A DNA stretch of 64,000 nt from assembly GCA_022605425.2 (NCBI GenBank), contig CM061249.1, positions 186,001-250,000 of the forward strand, given 5' to 3'. The translations under genes were made by a program, and so were the position numbers. The DNA comes from Hamiltosporidium tvaerminnensis FI-OER-3-3. Its lineage: Eukaryota > Fungi > Microsporidia. The notes under the pieces were generated by a model that was not told the DNA's origin, searched no databases, and saw only the letters and a program-made list of their open reading frames with translations. The stretch's first letter is position 1. Every line of letters begins with the position of its first letter. Below are positions 50,379-63,834 of this stretch, piece by piece.

Positions 50379-53300
50379 TATTACAGCCATCAGGTTTTTT
50401 AAAAACGTAATAGGCCTTGAGGTTTTAATTCGCTGCTAGGTTTTCTGTACAAGATTTATCTATAAAATATTATATTGTATATTTTTACACGAATCGTGGC
50501 AAATATACTTTTTTTTGGATATATGTTTGCAAATTTATTGAATCCAATTAATATATTTCTTATGATAAGTCATATTATTTTAAAAAGATTGATTCTATGG
50601 ATATATGGTCGAGTTTAAGTTGCCTTAATTTCTAATATTAAACAAAGCAAGATTTTATAGCTTAAAACACATGCGAGATAATTTATTAATTAGGAAGAAA
50701 AAAGATCATATATTATCAAATAAAATAACATAGTCAATATTATATCAAAAAATACATAAATCCTCTGTTTTTGGCACTAAAAAATTACAGAACAAGGCAC
50801 TATAATCTTTAAAATGAATTATGAGAACATATATATCCCGAGATATAAGTATAGAATAAAAAGACATCTTTTAAATAATTAATATTATAAAATAAAAATT
50901 TTTTGAGGTGAAATAACGTAGATACATGACGAACTAAGTTCCTTATTATTTTTTATAATTGATAGTAGCTGTAATAAAGCAAAATCATCAGATCAAGCAA
51001 AGATTTAGTTATTTAAAATGTATCAAACCCAGATCAGAAGTTAATTTACGACATTTCAGATAAATACCTGTAACAAAAAACAGATAAGATTAGATTAAAT
51101 TTTTAATAAAAAAAATAATAAAAATGTTTTGTATTTTGTTTACAAGATAATTGCATAGTGAGATATTTCACTATTTTGTAGAAAAAAATAACTGTAAAAT
51201 AGATTAAAGAAGGAAATATTTAATAAATCCAAAAATAAAAACTTTATATATGCTAGAATCATAAAATTTATGGTTGAATTCAATCCTAATATTTGGTAAT
51301 TTAATCATTATAGAATAAAATAAAGTTATTTTGTCGAAATTTTGACAAGGAACGCATTCTAGATTTACTCAAAAAAGAATGAAATTAAATATGTAGGCTT
51401 TCTAAAAATATATTTTACAAGCGTTAGATTCTGAACTTATCACGCGCTTAAGATATCGATCGATTTTCAAATCCAACGTTCACAACGTATATTTTTTTAT
51501 TAAAACCATCATAATCACTTTATAAAGTTATAATCGAATAAATAAATAGGTTTGTATTGATAAAAAGTTCCTAAAGAATTACTATGCAAGCAAAAATTTA
51601 TATTTATTTTGATATTTTAGGAGATAATTTATGGTTATAGTTTCTTCTTTTAAGTTTCTTATATCACAGGCTTTTCAGATAAGATAACTACTTCTAAGAT
51701 GTTAAATTGGGGTTCAAAGTAATATAAACACTACTCTTTAAGAATATTTTTATGATATTGTAAATTCTTGTGTTGAAAATTACATTCTTTAATATTTAAC
51801 TTGTGATTTTTATTTTTTCTACAAAGAACCCGTTTGTATCTTTACTAGAACACAATATAAGTTAAGTGTAAACTATATAACAAAAATTGCTCAATAGAAA
51901 GCTAAAAACAGATCTTTGAGAAAGATTAGAAAAAAAATTTACATTTAAAATAAATGAAATCATAAGCCTATCATTTTTTCAACTAAAAAATAAAAGGTCT
52001 AATCCGAAGAAAAATATTGATTTATGTTTAATTTTATCCACAAAAGATGTTTATTAATATACTTAAGTAAAATGATTAAATCATATTATAAAATATTAAA
52101 TCTTATACTATAAAACATAATAAAAATAATTTTTACTGTTTTTAATAGTTAAGATCGGATAAGGAAGACTAAAAAGCTGTTTTATGAGGTTTAATAACTT
52201 ATTTATTTTAAAGTTCAATATTACGAACATTAAACGTTAACTATATACAGTGAATACTGAATCCACCTATATAACATGTTTTTTCTTTTGGTTTAATATG
52301 TATAGGGCTCTTATGATTTTTGCTTATTTAATTCGTAGACAGTAGATTCAATTTTTTATATTTATGGTGGACAATAAAATAGTTGAAATACGAAATCTCG
52401 AAAAATGATCACGGAATTTTTTACTATTTCGAAGAATTTGTAGCCAAAGATACGAAGAATTTAAAAATTATACGGAAAATAGGACTACATATTTGATAAG
52501 TTTGGGTAAATTTAGTTATTATCGCAAAAAGAAGCCTGTTGATATAGTGGTTTGTCTGTATCGTTTTAAGAAACAAGTGTTTATATAATTTGATTTGTTT
52601 GAATTTAATCCCAGGTTCCATGATTAAATATAAAGTGACTGTTTTAACAAAAAATGGAGCATAAATTCGTATATAAAGAGTGCCTTAATTTATTATGAAT
52701 CTTTCAAGATAAGTGCTTTCAGAATAAAATGTATCTAAAATTCTTGATATGATACGAACAGAATAATGAAATATTCCAGAATAATTTAAATCATTAGACC
52801 GGGAAATAATGCATAATCGCGTATATAACGGTAAATTTCTTGTTTTAATGGTAGATATTCGCAGAAACCAATTTAAATGATTTATAGGAGGATTTCATTT
52901 TCGTTTTTTTCATAAAACAAGATAAAAAACAATAGTCATATTTCATGATGTTAAATTAACTGTCCAAATTGTAGCAATGATTTGGTTTGAATCCTTACAA
53001 AGAAGAATCTAAAAAATTTAAAGTGGTATTTACTATATATGACAGAAATATATTCTGTATAAGAAAAACTTAATTCGGGTTTGAAATAGCTTTTAAATGA
53101 TAAAAATATGGCGAGTTAGACGTAGAAAGATCTTTTTAACAACTATTTGGAGCATATTTGCATCAATTCTGTATCATTGTCTAAATCTTCTACGTAAATA
53201 AAATTTCGTTCGTTAAAGAAAATTAAATATCATTCTATTCGAAGAATACTTATAATTTTAACCTTTAAAAAAATGTGATATGCGATAGAAATCCTGAACA

Positions 53301-54503
53301 ATAGACTTAATATTTTAAAAGACAAAAAAACAATATTAAATCGCTTTTACGCAAAATTAATTTTAAATTTCAATTTATACATTTGGAGCCGAAAAATTTA
53401 TATGGATGGTTTATTACCTAATGACCTGATCTATATTTAACATTGATTTTTTGTAAAAATTACATATTTGAGAACATCAGAAAGAATCATAATCATATAG
53501 CCTGATATATATCATGAAAAGCTTTACGTATTTTAGAAAGTTATCAACAAGTTATAAAATTTTATTTTAAGAGACATTCGAAGTAAATTTAAGGCTAAGC
53601 ATACTTATTAATCAGATTTCTATAGGTTAAAGTAATATCAAAATTTGTGAAAAATAAACCGTAAAGCGACAAAAAAACATATCTTTATTGCGTATAATTG
53701 TCGATGCGAAAAATTTAATCGAGAACCCAACCCTAATTTAATTTCAAGTTCAAAAAAAAAACAGATAAAACCTACAAACTGTACCGAAAAAACAAAAAAT
53801 GATACATAAAACACGTAAATAGCTATTACTTTCATTATTTTAAAAAATATAGTCTGTATATATTCAAATTTTTCAGGAAAAATATTATAGAACATATCTA
53901 TACTTCACTATTTTCTTTTTAAATAAAATATGATTTAGGATAAAAGAGGCTTATTAAAATAGTCAGGCATATATTTGAACTCTTCACGAATATCAATTAT
54001 CGATCCTAGAATTTTTTTTTCTGTTTGTGCCGTTTATTATTAACTTCAAAAAATCTATGGTTTTTGTTCATCATAGTATTTTTTATTGATATATAAAAAT
54101 TTAATGGTTGATTAAAAATTGAAGTTCTTTATAAACCAAGGAATTTTAAGGAGATTTAGAATTTACAAAGCGATTTCTCTCATTTTAAAAATATATCGTC
54201 AGATTGGTGAATAATTTAGCTAAAAAATATCAAAGCTTTATTCATTTAAGCAAAATTTTATTTCAATCTAAATGTTCTTAGAAGGTTAACTAAATAATTC
54301 TGTTTTATCTTTTATAACTTCTCATTTATTAAATGTACTAAAAATAAACCATTTTTTTTATTAAAAGTTGATATATATATAAAAAATTTGATTTGATAAG
54401 ATTTATTATGTTCTTAGATGTGCTTTATTAAAAATTAATTAGATTCAATAGAAACAATAAACTAATTAAAGTAATTTTATATAATAAACTTAATTTCGTT
54501 TGT

Positions 54504-56858
54504 ATGATTTTCATGGGTGTTTCAATTTGTAAAAGAAGATGTTTTCAAAATTCAATAATTACGAATCTGATTTCTATTGTGTATATTCTTTGCTTCTTTA
54601 AGTTAGTTTCACCTCTTGTATTAAGTTATCGTTTACAATCAATTAAACATTCAAAGATTCTAATATTTGATGAGAAAAAACAAAATGATCTGTTATTTGA
54701 CCAAAATAGTAAATACCTAAACTTCTACGTATTAAATAATTTGGAATCACCGTCTTGTGACGAAATAACCTACGATTTTATATACTCAAAAGAAAATTTT
54801 ATTGGTTTTGAAGTGTTTGATAATTTTTTGAATTCAAATAGAATGGAAAATATGAATATGAAAATCGAATGTAATTTCAATCTAACATATTTTCTCAGGC
54901 TCACGAATGATATAACAAACATATCCAGCAAAATAAATTATCAGGTTTTTGATTGCCTTCTATTCGCTATGAAAAGCTTAGACGTGATAGAAAACAAAAA
55001 CTTGAAATTGCTTTTTCAGGCTATATTGTTCAATTTTATTTTTTTTAATAACAATGGGTATTTCAATAACAACGGGACAAGTTTTAAGGATCCGTTTTTT
55101 TCAAGTCTATTGTTAGATATAAAATATACTTTGAAGAAAAATTTAATTTTTGCTTACCTAAACAATTTAATGATAAAATATATCTTTTACGATGAAAATT
55201 TGATTTTATTAGAAAAAAATAACGAAACTTACAATAAAAAACATTTTGATAAACACATTCCATATAAAAGTTTATTAATAAATAGTTATAGGGCATTCCA
55301 AATATTGGAGAACATTTTAAATAACCAAAATATTTTACATATGCTTGAATTTTTATTGAATGAAATGAATATTAAATCTATAATATTTGATAATTTTCAA
55401 ATATTTAAAATTTTAGACTCCAATATGAAGATCTACATTCTTTCAATGAATATATTTAAATCTATAACTATTTCACACTTCAAATGGTCTTCTTCATGGT
55501 TGTTTCTACGTAAACATATATTTTCTGACAAAAAAAACATAGAATTTTTAAGTCTTAAAAACTTAAAAATTTCTAAATCCGATCTTGAAGTCATCTGTAA
55601 AAAACAAAAATTCAAAGGATTGGTGCTACATAATATAAAAATACTAGAAAATACTAATAAAAATGATCTTTTTTTTGGCTTAGGTGTTAGATTAGAATAT
55701 ATTAACTTCAAAAATGTCGAAATATGTGAAGGATGGTGGAAAGAATTTTTTCAGCTTGTGCATATACGTATAATTATAATTTCGTTCTATACATATTCAT
55801 CACAAGAAAAATTTATAAAGGAATTTATAAGAGTGAATACACTTAATGAATTATTATATCTGGAATTAGATTTTTGTTATTCTAGTATTTCCAAAGATTT
55901 TTGTAATTCTTTACACCATTTTAAATCTCTGATAACTTTAAAACTTTACGGATATCAACTTGACCAGAATACCCATTTTTTTTCTCATGCATTCGAAAGC
56001 ATGGATAAATTAGAAAACCTAACCGTTCAATCATGTGATTTCAATAGTGATTTATTTAATTCGTTGTTTCATAAAAGATCATTAAAATCTTTACACTTTC
56101 AAAGTCTTTCAGCAAAGAAAGAAATTCTTAAGATTGATTTGCTTGATAATTATAAATCTTTGCTCAAACTTAATCTTTGGAATTTGAAAATTAATGAAAC
56201 TAGTTTAGTTGAAATTTTTAAGTTAGAAAATTTAATATCGCTTTCATTGAATTTCTGTACTTTCGAAACGAATAGGAATTCAAATTCAATTTATTTTAAG
56301 TCGAAAAATCTCAAATCACTATACTTAAATGATATTGATTTAGCTAATATATATACGCCCTATCTTTTTAACAATCTAGAACATCTAGAGAGATTAGATT
56401 TATCTTTTTGCAAATTAAAGCCTAGTAATTTAATTAAGCTAAACTTTATGTGCAATTCTACATTGAAAATTTTTTCTTTCGAATCTGGTGTTGTAGATTC
56501 AAATTATATTGAAAGATTAAGAGATTTTGAAATATTGAATGCATTAAATCTTTCTCGGTGTAAATTATATAAATGTAGCTTTTATGAACTAGGTACTGAC
56601 TGTAGATTCTTCATTACATTAGAATATTTGAATTTGAGCCATGTTAAAACAAATATTAACGATCTTGCTTATTTGAAATTCTTCAAAAACTTAAAAAATC
56701 TGTATATTTCTCTCTCTGACTTCTATTTATCAGAAAACTTTTTTTATGTTTTACTGCCAATAAAGAAATTTTTCAAAAAAAACTTATTCATAGAAACTAA
56801 CTCAACAATGATATCAAAATATATTTATGAAGAAAACCCAAATGATGGTTTCTTTTGA
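54504..56858 (+). CDS. Leucine-rich-repeat protein with an N-terminal hydrophobic segment
   Basis: Repeated LxxLxLxx(C/N) units (LERLDLSFC, LNALNLSRC, LEYLNLSHV); 784-aa ORF. Confidence 0.9.
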   Translation: MIFMGVSICKRRCFQNSIITNLISIVYILCFFKLVSPLVLSYRLQSIKHSKILIFDEKKQNDLLFDQNSKYLNFYVLNNLESPSCDEITYDFIYSKENFIGFEVFDNFLNSNRMENMNMKIECNFNLTYFLRLTNDITNISSKINYQVFDCLLFAMKSLDVIENKNLKLLFQAILFNFIFFNNNGYFNNNGTSFKDPFFSSLLLDIKYTLKKNLIFAYLNNLMIKYIFYDENLILLEKNNETYNKKHFDKHIPYKSLLINSYRAFQILENILNNQNILHMLEFLLNEMNIKSIIFDNFQIFKILDSNMKIYILSMNIFKSITISHFKWSSSWLFLRKHIFSDKKNIEFLSLKNLKISKSDLEVICKKQKFKGLVLHNIKILENTNKNDLFFGLGVRLEYINFKNVEICEGWWKEFFQLVHIRIIIISFYTYSSQEKFIKEFIRVNTLNELLYLELDFCYSSISKDFCNSLHHFKSLITLKLYGYQLDQNTHFFSHAFESMDKLENLTVQSCDFNSDLFNSLFHKRSLKSLHFQSLSAKKEILKIDLLDNYKSLLKLNLWNLKINETSLVEIFKLENLISLSLNFCTFETNRNSNSIYFKSKNLKSLYLNDIDLANIYTPYLFNNLEHLERLDLSFCKLKPSNLIKLNFMCNSTLKIFSFESGVVDSNYIERLRDFEILNALNLSRCKLYKCSFYELGTDCRFFITLEYLNLSHVKTNINDLAYLKFFKNLKNLYISLSDFYLSENFFYVLLPIKKFFKKNLFIETNSTMISKYIYEENPNDGFF

Positions 56859-58093
56859 CCTTTCAATCTTTCCTTTCCTGTATTATATTACTATATTCAG
56901 ATTTTATAAGTAGCTTCATTAAAAATGTATTTTAAAATGTTATTTTTTTACATTTTCTTTTTAAAAAATGCAAAAATATATGCTTTTGGAATCCAAACTA
57001 GTCTTGTTAGTGTAACGATGTCTTTGAAAATGTATATTCTGATTTATAAAGACATTGTTTTGAGAATAGATATAATAAATTGTTTATTTGTTCAATCCGA
57101 ATTTTTGCAATGCATTTGGCATTCTCCACTTTATTTTTTTCATTTTATACGCCACTTTCTTTATAATCGATTCATCTTCTAGATTTTGAATTGTTACATA
57201 ATCTCGGATATTTTATTTAGAATTAAAGTTTTGAAATTTTATTTATTTTTTTATAACGCCTTCTCATGAACGAACAACCACGCTATTTTAGTATGAACTT
57301 TTTAAAAAACAAGTTGTGCTAAAAATTTATTAAAATATACCTTTAAGATAGCCAGAACACTATAAAGAAACTATTATTTAGTTTATTGTTTAGGATAATT
57401 TGTAAATTGCGGTATCAAATACTAAACAATCATTAAACAATAAATTTATCCTCTAGTATTGTTCAAATGCCTGTATTTGTACATTTTAAATCTTGTCTTA
57501 TGATAAAAATATGTATCAAAACAAAATTGAATATAATATAAAAACTTTTTAAAGCCTAATAAAACATAGATAGAGTATTCTTATATTTTTTAGAACTAAT
57601 ATTTTCTCAATTAGAAGCGCTACTCTAAAAAAATTCATAAATAGTGCATTTGGTGCATCATATGATTTACAAGGTAAATATAACTTGGGCTTATTATATG
57701 TTCAACCAGAATATTAAAAGTTTTCTAAACTATATAACATAGGCCATGTCGCCATCATGTTAGCTTATTTATCTACTGTTTGTAATTACGACAATTTACC
57801 GCGTTTTTCTTGCCTACTATTATCCTTCATTTAACAAGATTGGGATTTTTCCTGTCCTTCATTTCTACCAAATGTACCTAGAACATTTTTTTAGGATATA
57901 AGTATTTGATTTTGAGGCACCTCGGAAAATGCTGAATTTTTTGTCTGTAGCTATGTTTATTTCTAGAAACTCTGCTTTTGGTATTCTTTTATATGGGTAT
58001 ATTAGAAACATATCCTACAGAAATATATTCATAATATATTCAAGAAAATATCATTATGGTATATTAAAAAATAAAATTAAAATTTACTCAATA

Positions 58094-58813
58094 GTGGAGG
58101 GGGATAACCACATAAAAAACTTTCTGCTTGGCAATGAGTGTGTGAAACTGGTATGAGGTTATTGTTTGGATTTTTGGTGGAAATAAAACCACACTACATC
58201 TTCGGTTGTTCCATAGAACTTTTTATGAGCCAAGAGAGCTAAGAAATGGAGAAACTTTTTCTACAAATATATTTGTAGTTTTTTATGTAATCAGATTGTA
58301 GACCGCGGCTAAACATTTAGATCATTGCCATGTAAAAGCATGGAAACCTAGCCTTGCTAACTCGGGTTAGAAGACTTATTGCCTGGGAGATATAAAAATA
58401 AAACCCGTTAAAAGCCGGGAAAGCTAAGTAGCAAGTTATATCTGTTGGTATGACATTGCATTGTCTAGGTGGACTTCATGTAAGTCTTTGAAATATATCA
58501 TGGCTAGAAGTATATTGGGTTCAGAAAGTGTAGAGTAAGTGGGAATGCTGCATAGTCTTGGGAGAGCACGGGGAGCTTCGGCCTTCAGTCACACTCCATG
58601 AAACGACATTAACGAACTCCGGCCAACTGCCTCACCTAGTAATTGGTTTCTACACACCTGGTAGATGAAATTCTTTAAGATGTAGGTATCGCGGGGTTAC
58701 CGATGGAGTGTTGGGTAGCAGTTATTTATGTTAAACCTAGAACTGCGTTAATGTCATGAAAACAAATATAACACTTGCCACTGTGAAAAAAGATGTGATA
58801 CTTTTAAATAAAG
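58094..58813 (+). mobile_element. ~725-nt non-coding retroposon family, copy 4 (full length)
   Basis: Reverse complement aligns end to end with 22145-22870; ends cttttaaataaag. Confidence 0.88.
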
Positions 58814-58854
58814 ATTTTATTTTCTTTAATATTTTTTTTCAAACTATTATAATT

Positions 58855-60225
58855 TTTATTTAATAAAATTCTGGGTTAAAAATTCTTTAAGGCTCATAAA
58901 AATTTCTTTCTACCTGTTTAACCATTATCCTTTCTTCTTCTAAATCCAAATAGTGAATTTGTTTATCGTCGGTTTCTTCTTTTGAAAAAGAGGTGCATTA
59001 TTTTTTAGTTTAATATTTCTTTAACATCATCTTCGTAGTTGCTGGCTGCTTTTAAAGGAGGCATTGGCTCTTCATGTATTTCGGCTCTCTTAATAACACC
59101 CATTAAAACTCTCACCCAGATCTCTTCGGCATTAGGTCCCGACTCAAGTTCTCTTTTTCGATCAAAAGAAATGTTTCGACTGTCTTCTTGAGTACTACTA
59201 ATAGAATGTATGCCTCTACATTCATGAGTATTTTTGGTGTTTATAAATGCCTCTTATGGTATTTTTCCAGAATCCTGTTTCGAGTTGTCACATAGAATTA
59301 TCCCCACACTACTTTGGGAAAAAAACCCTAATTATTTGATACTAAGTCATACATCTTTAGTTGCCCGGGTTCCTTTATTTAAAGTAAGTTTAGTAAGTAA
59401 GTCCTACCTCAGGGTGTTACCATATTTTATCTCTTGTCAAAAACATTATTCGGATCTGTTATTCCGAATCTTGACGTCAGTTTTTATTCTAGTATCATCT
59501 CTAATCTTCATATGCCCCATATTTAGGATTTCTAGAACAAAGTGGCTCATAATTTGTGTCAAATACTTAAGCTTAACTCTGTTTCGTAGGGGGGAAATTT
59601 AGACATCTAACTATTTCAGTATGCTGTCTGTTATATTCATGTCCGATAATTTTCATACATTTTGCCTCCAAACAAATTACGGTTTTTCTAGGATAATTGA
59701 AATGCTGGCATACACATGCTGCACTTTAGAATACGTTTCAATTTGTATATAGCAGAAGACTCTCCATTACCCGAGATGCCTTATTTTTATTTAACTATCT
59801 TGAGGATTCAATTACATTTACTATTTATTCATTGGTAGCAATTAATAACTTTTAACCGTGTTTTCGTTTTTCTATTTCAATATATAATTTTGTCAGCTTA
59901 GTCTCCTCAAATTTTTTTATATGACTTCTTCTTCCAACCTATATTTTACCTTTAAGAAGCCTTTTATAGTGCAGAATGAGTTTAATTTGTATTCTCCATT
60001 TTTGTGATTGCTGCTTTTCAAGTTGATATTTCTTCACATTTTTCTAGACAATCCAAGAGCTGCAGAAACATATTTTTGCGAAGCAATTCAGCGCTATTTA
60101 GGTCGATTTCGTGTTTCTTGCTAGAAAGGTATAGCTTTCATTTACATTCTAGGCTTAAATGTATTTTGTTGTTTTATAACACTGTACGGGCCGTATCATT
60201 CAACCTTGAGAAGTTGCCATCTCAA
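58855..60225 (-). mobile_element. 5'-truncated decayed R4-like copy
   Basis: 3' end tatttaataaaattctgggttaaaa identical to copy A; collinear back to the post-RT region. Confidence 0.88.
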
Positions 60226-61989
60226 GTCAAATTATAATATATAAACTAAGATAATATTGGATTATTAAACCAATTTTTATCAGAATTGAATATTAAACGA
60301 TCATCTTGAAAATATGAGATGATCTATATATTTTACTTTATAGTTTAAGTATTGAGTATTAATTATTTATTTTCACCTGAAATAAAAATAAACAATAAAA
60401 TTAAATGAATAAGATAGCAACGACTAATTTACATTTACTTGATTGTATCTTTTCTAAATATTCAACAATATTCTACAAAACTTTACAAATAACAAATAAA
60501 GATATAAATGACAAGTAAATGGTAGTACAACAATTTAAGATGTCTATAAATGTATAATGATGAAAAAGGACAACATGGTTATAGTATTAAACCATGTATG
60601 CCTTCTCTGTGCCTAGAATAAAACTAGAAATATTTATAAATTAAAAATGTAGGGATATAAATTCGAATTGTGGTTTTTAATTTTAATGCTGCAAAATCGT
60701 TTTAATCATTTGAAATATAAACCATAAAGCAATTTTTATACTTATTTTTGCGTTTTAATTAGGCAAAAAGTAAAAAAAATATTTACGCACGCATGTCATC
60801 TATAAAGTTGTTATTATGTTAAAAAATTTCCTGATTTAAAATTTAACAGTAACTGTTTTCGTTTTTAAAATATCCTTGGTTATAAGTTATATTTTGCATT
60901 TTTTTTAAATTATTTCCTAGAAAGTATAATTAGATATAGGTACATTCATTTTTCAATTTTCTTGATCATTTTATCGCTTTTGATTTTATTGACCAACACT
61001 TTATGTTTGACTATTTTTGATATTTTTAGTCGATATTTCGTGTACAATCTTTGTATTCATAAGTAGCAATTTAAAAATTTTTAGTATTGTTTCTCAAATC
61101 ATTCTTTTTTTGTTTTTTTTTTATATAATTTTCGTGTTTCCCATTTCTGTCTGAGCATCTGATGATGCAAAAAAGCTTTTTTGATTTTTTTTTGAATTTA
61201 TTTTTTTGTTATCAAAATTAGAATGTACATAACAATTTTGAATACTATGGCGAATTGTACGACTAAAACTTCAATATATTTGAAAGGGCAGAGATAACGC
61301 TTACAACATGTTATACAAGTACTGTTAAAAAGGAGCATATAAAAAATGTGTTTATATCTTATTTGAAAACTTGAACCGTTGACCATACCAAAAAGCAAGT
61401 TACATCAATATTTACGTTTATGTAATTTGAAGTAAATACAGCAAAATAATTCTGATTTACATAAAATATTATTCATAAAATCTTACTTAAATGTATATAA
61501 TTGCTATATTATTCTAAAATTTGATTTCAGTTAAAATTTTCTTCTGATGTGATTTCTAACACCCATTTTAGCGAAGTTTTTAAACTTTAAAGAAATTTAT
61601 CTAATTTAAATACTTTAAATTTTATTTATAAATCAAAGTCAAAATAAACATCAAAACCCTATGATAACCACTAATCATCGTTTTTCTTGATGAGCATTGT
61701 AGATTTGGTCGCAAAATGCATTGTGAGATTCAGGTTTTTTAAAAAAAATTTTCTTATTTTTCTCACTTTATACACATCCTCAAGTTTAATATATTAGGAG
61801 ATGTGTTTATCACATGTTTTTTTCTTTTAACATCATAAAAGAGAATTTGTAATATTATGTCGTTGACTCTTTTATGTTTAATGATACCGAAAATAAATTT
61901 TTTACATTTAATATCGTATTAAAATAGATCGATCTAAGATATTTATAATTTATGTTATATCATTCTTTCTTTATCCAAATTAACATCAA

Positions 61990-62700
61990 TAAAGCCTTTT
62001 CATGAAATAATAAAAGTTTTTTTGTCTTTTCTTTCGTTGGAAAGGTTGCTTTTTTTGATTAAATTTCTTTATTTCTTTCTAGACATTACAAGTGTTGCAA
62101 ACCTCTATATTAAATCTCGGATCAGCATTTAATAGACACTTTCTAGATTTATATCTAATTTTTCTTTCAATATTCGCATATTATCCCATGGAAGATAATT
62201 TTAAACATACTCCTTATATCATATCTCTAGCCTAGATAAATTACAGGCTAAATCAAATTAGTCCCCTGCGGTTTTGATTTAAGATATAGCATATTTGAAT
62301 GTGCATGAAATGAATTTCTTAGATATAATTCTGAGAAAAATAATTCTTTCATTTTGTTTGTAGCATATATAAAACTTCTAAATATTAACTTTGATCTAGA
62401 TCTGTGGGATCGCCTTTATCTCGTATAGTATTCTCCACGTGTGATTTTCGATTGAAAAATTAATATTCTTCTCTCATTTTTAATTGAAACTGACTTCTGT
62501 ATGCTTGCCCTCCACCCCAGTCTTTATAATAACCTTTATTTCTATATTAATTGAACCTGGAGTATGTCTATGTACTATTCATAGGTGTATATTATCAAAA
62601 AAAAGGAAATTTTGTGCAATAAAAACTCGTTTTATATGCATTTTATTCCATGTCTACACTTGCGCTTGAATCATAATGTTCTAAAAAATAACACAAACAA
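61990..62700 (-). mobile_element. Possible very old R4-like fragment
   Basis: Only patchy similarity to 10060-10900. Confidence 0.3.
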
Positions 62701-62823
62701 AGAGCCAATAAACCATTTTCCTATGTATTTTCTTTTTAACATTTTATCAAATTAATGTTAGGTGTAATATAATTTTATCGTTTTTTTATTCATTAAAGTT
62801 AATTTATATGTTTGAAAATAAAA

Positions 62824-63052
62824 TTCATTATCATCAGCGCCATAGCCCTGCATGAGCCTTTGCGGCCCTCCGTACTACTGCTCACCGATCTTTTTTCAGT
62901 GAGATAGTTTACTTTTTCAGTTTCGTAACGAGATCGTTTTAAATGATAGGTGGTTAGCCCTACTCTCATCCCTCAATATGGACGATCAGTCTCTTTTAGT
63001 CGCCTCTTACGATAAGCAGAGAATACTCCAAGCCAATTTTGCTCTCGGCATA
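62824..63052 (-). mobile_element. Bipartite RTE-like short element, copy 4
   Basis: ttttagtcgcctcttacgataagcagagaatactccaagccaatt closely matches copy 1 in reverse complement. Confidence 0.85.
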
Positions 63053-63253
63053 AACTACAGTTTACCATAAAAAATTATTTTCAAACTTTTTTATATCGAT
63101 TTAAAATTTTTAGAAAAATCAATATTTCAATTCACTAAGTAAAATTAATTTAATAAAAGATAAATTTTAATTGTGGTTTATTAATTCATGATATTTCTAA
63201 ATAATTTATGATTTAATAATTTTTATATCAAAAATTCTTTAAAAAATATTTAA

Positions 63254-63373
63254 TTATTCTCTGATAAATAGAATATGAAGTAAATTTAAATTATTAATTA
63301 GATTATTACAATTCATAATGATTAAATTAATATCATATTGATAGTATTTTGGTATTTATTTATCAGAGAATAA
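63254..63373. repeat. 17-bp perfect inverted repeat with 86-bp spacer (MITE-like)
   Basis: ttattctctgataaata (63254-63270) / tatttatcagagaataa (63357-63373). Confidence 0.6.
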
Positions 63374-63834
63374 AAATTGATTTTAAAAACTAATAAATTA
63401 TTAATTACTAATTAAAATATATTAATATTTATAGTAATAGATACATTGATTTTAAAAACCTATGAATTATTAATTACTAATTAAATATATTAATTGAATT
63501 AAAATATACCACAAGTAAATAAAAAAATGCATTCTATTTTATTTTCTAACAACCTAAATCTATTAAAATCCACACAAATCTATTAAAATTTACTTAAAAT
63601 TTTACTTACAACTTTTTTCATATTTTTTATTAAATAAAAGGTTCTTTAAATAGAAGCTTAGTTTATTTAAATCTTAAAAGAAAGAACTTATTTTTTATTC
63701 TTATTTCTTAAAAAAATTAATATTTATTTATAAATAGAAATATAAAATAACAGATATTCAATTACCTGAATATAAAAATAAATTCTAATGAATAAGCATA
63801 TCTGTAATAAATAACTAAATCTAATGAGTAAGTA

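Noticed and set aside
50400-54400. Decayed genes in this interval (also 14850-15300 and 16730-17340)
   Set aside because: Some coding-like texture, but only short ORFs and no recognisable motif.
58335-58375. Telomerase template in the 725-nt element
   Set aside because: No conserved CCTAACC/CTAACCCT on the inferred RNA strand; gggttag is not conserved in all copies.
58410-58440. SRP helix-8-like CCAGG-N10-AGCAGG in the 725-nt element (clearest in copies 1 and 3)
   Set aside because: The 10-nt spacer cannot form the required GNRA-capped stem, and the element is much longer than typical SRP RNA. cmscan would settle it.
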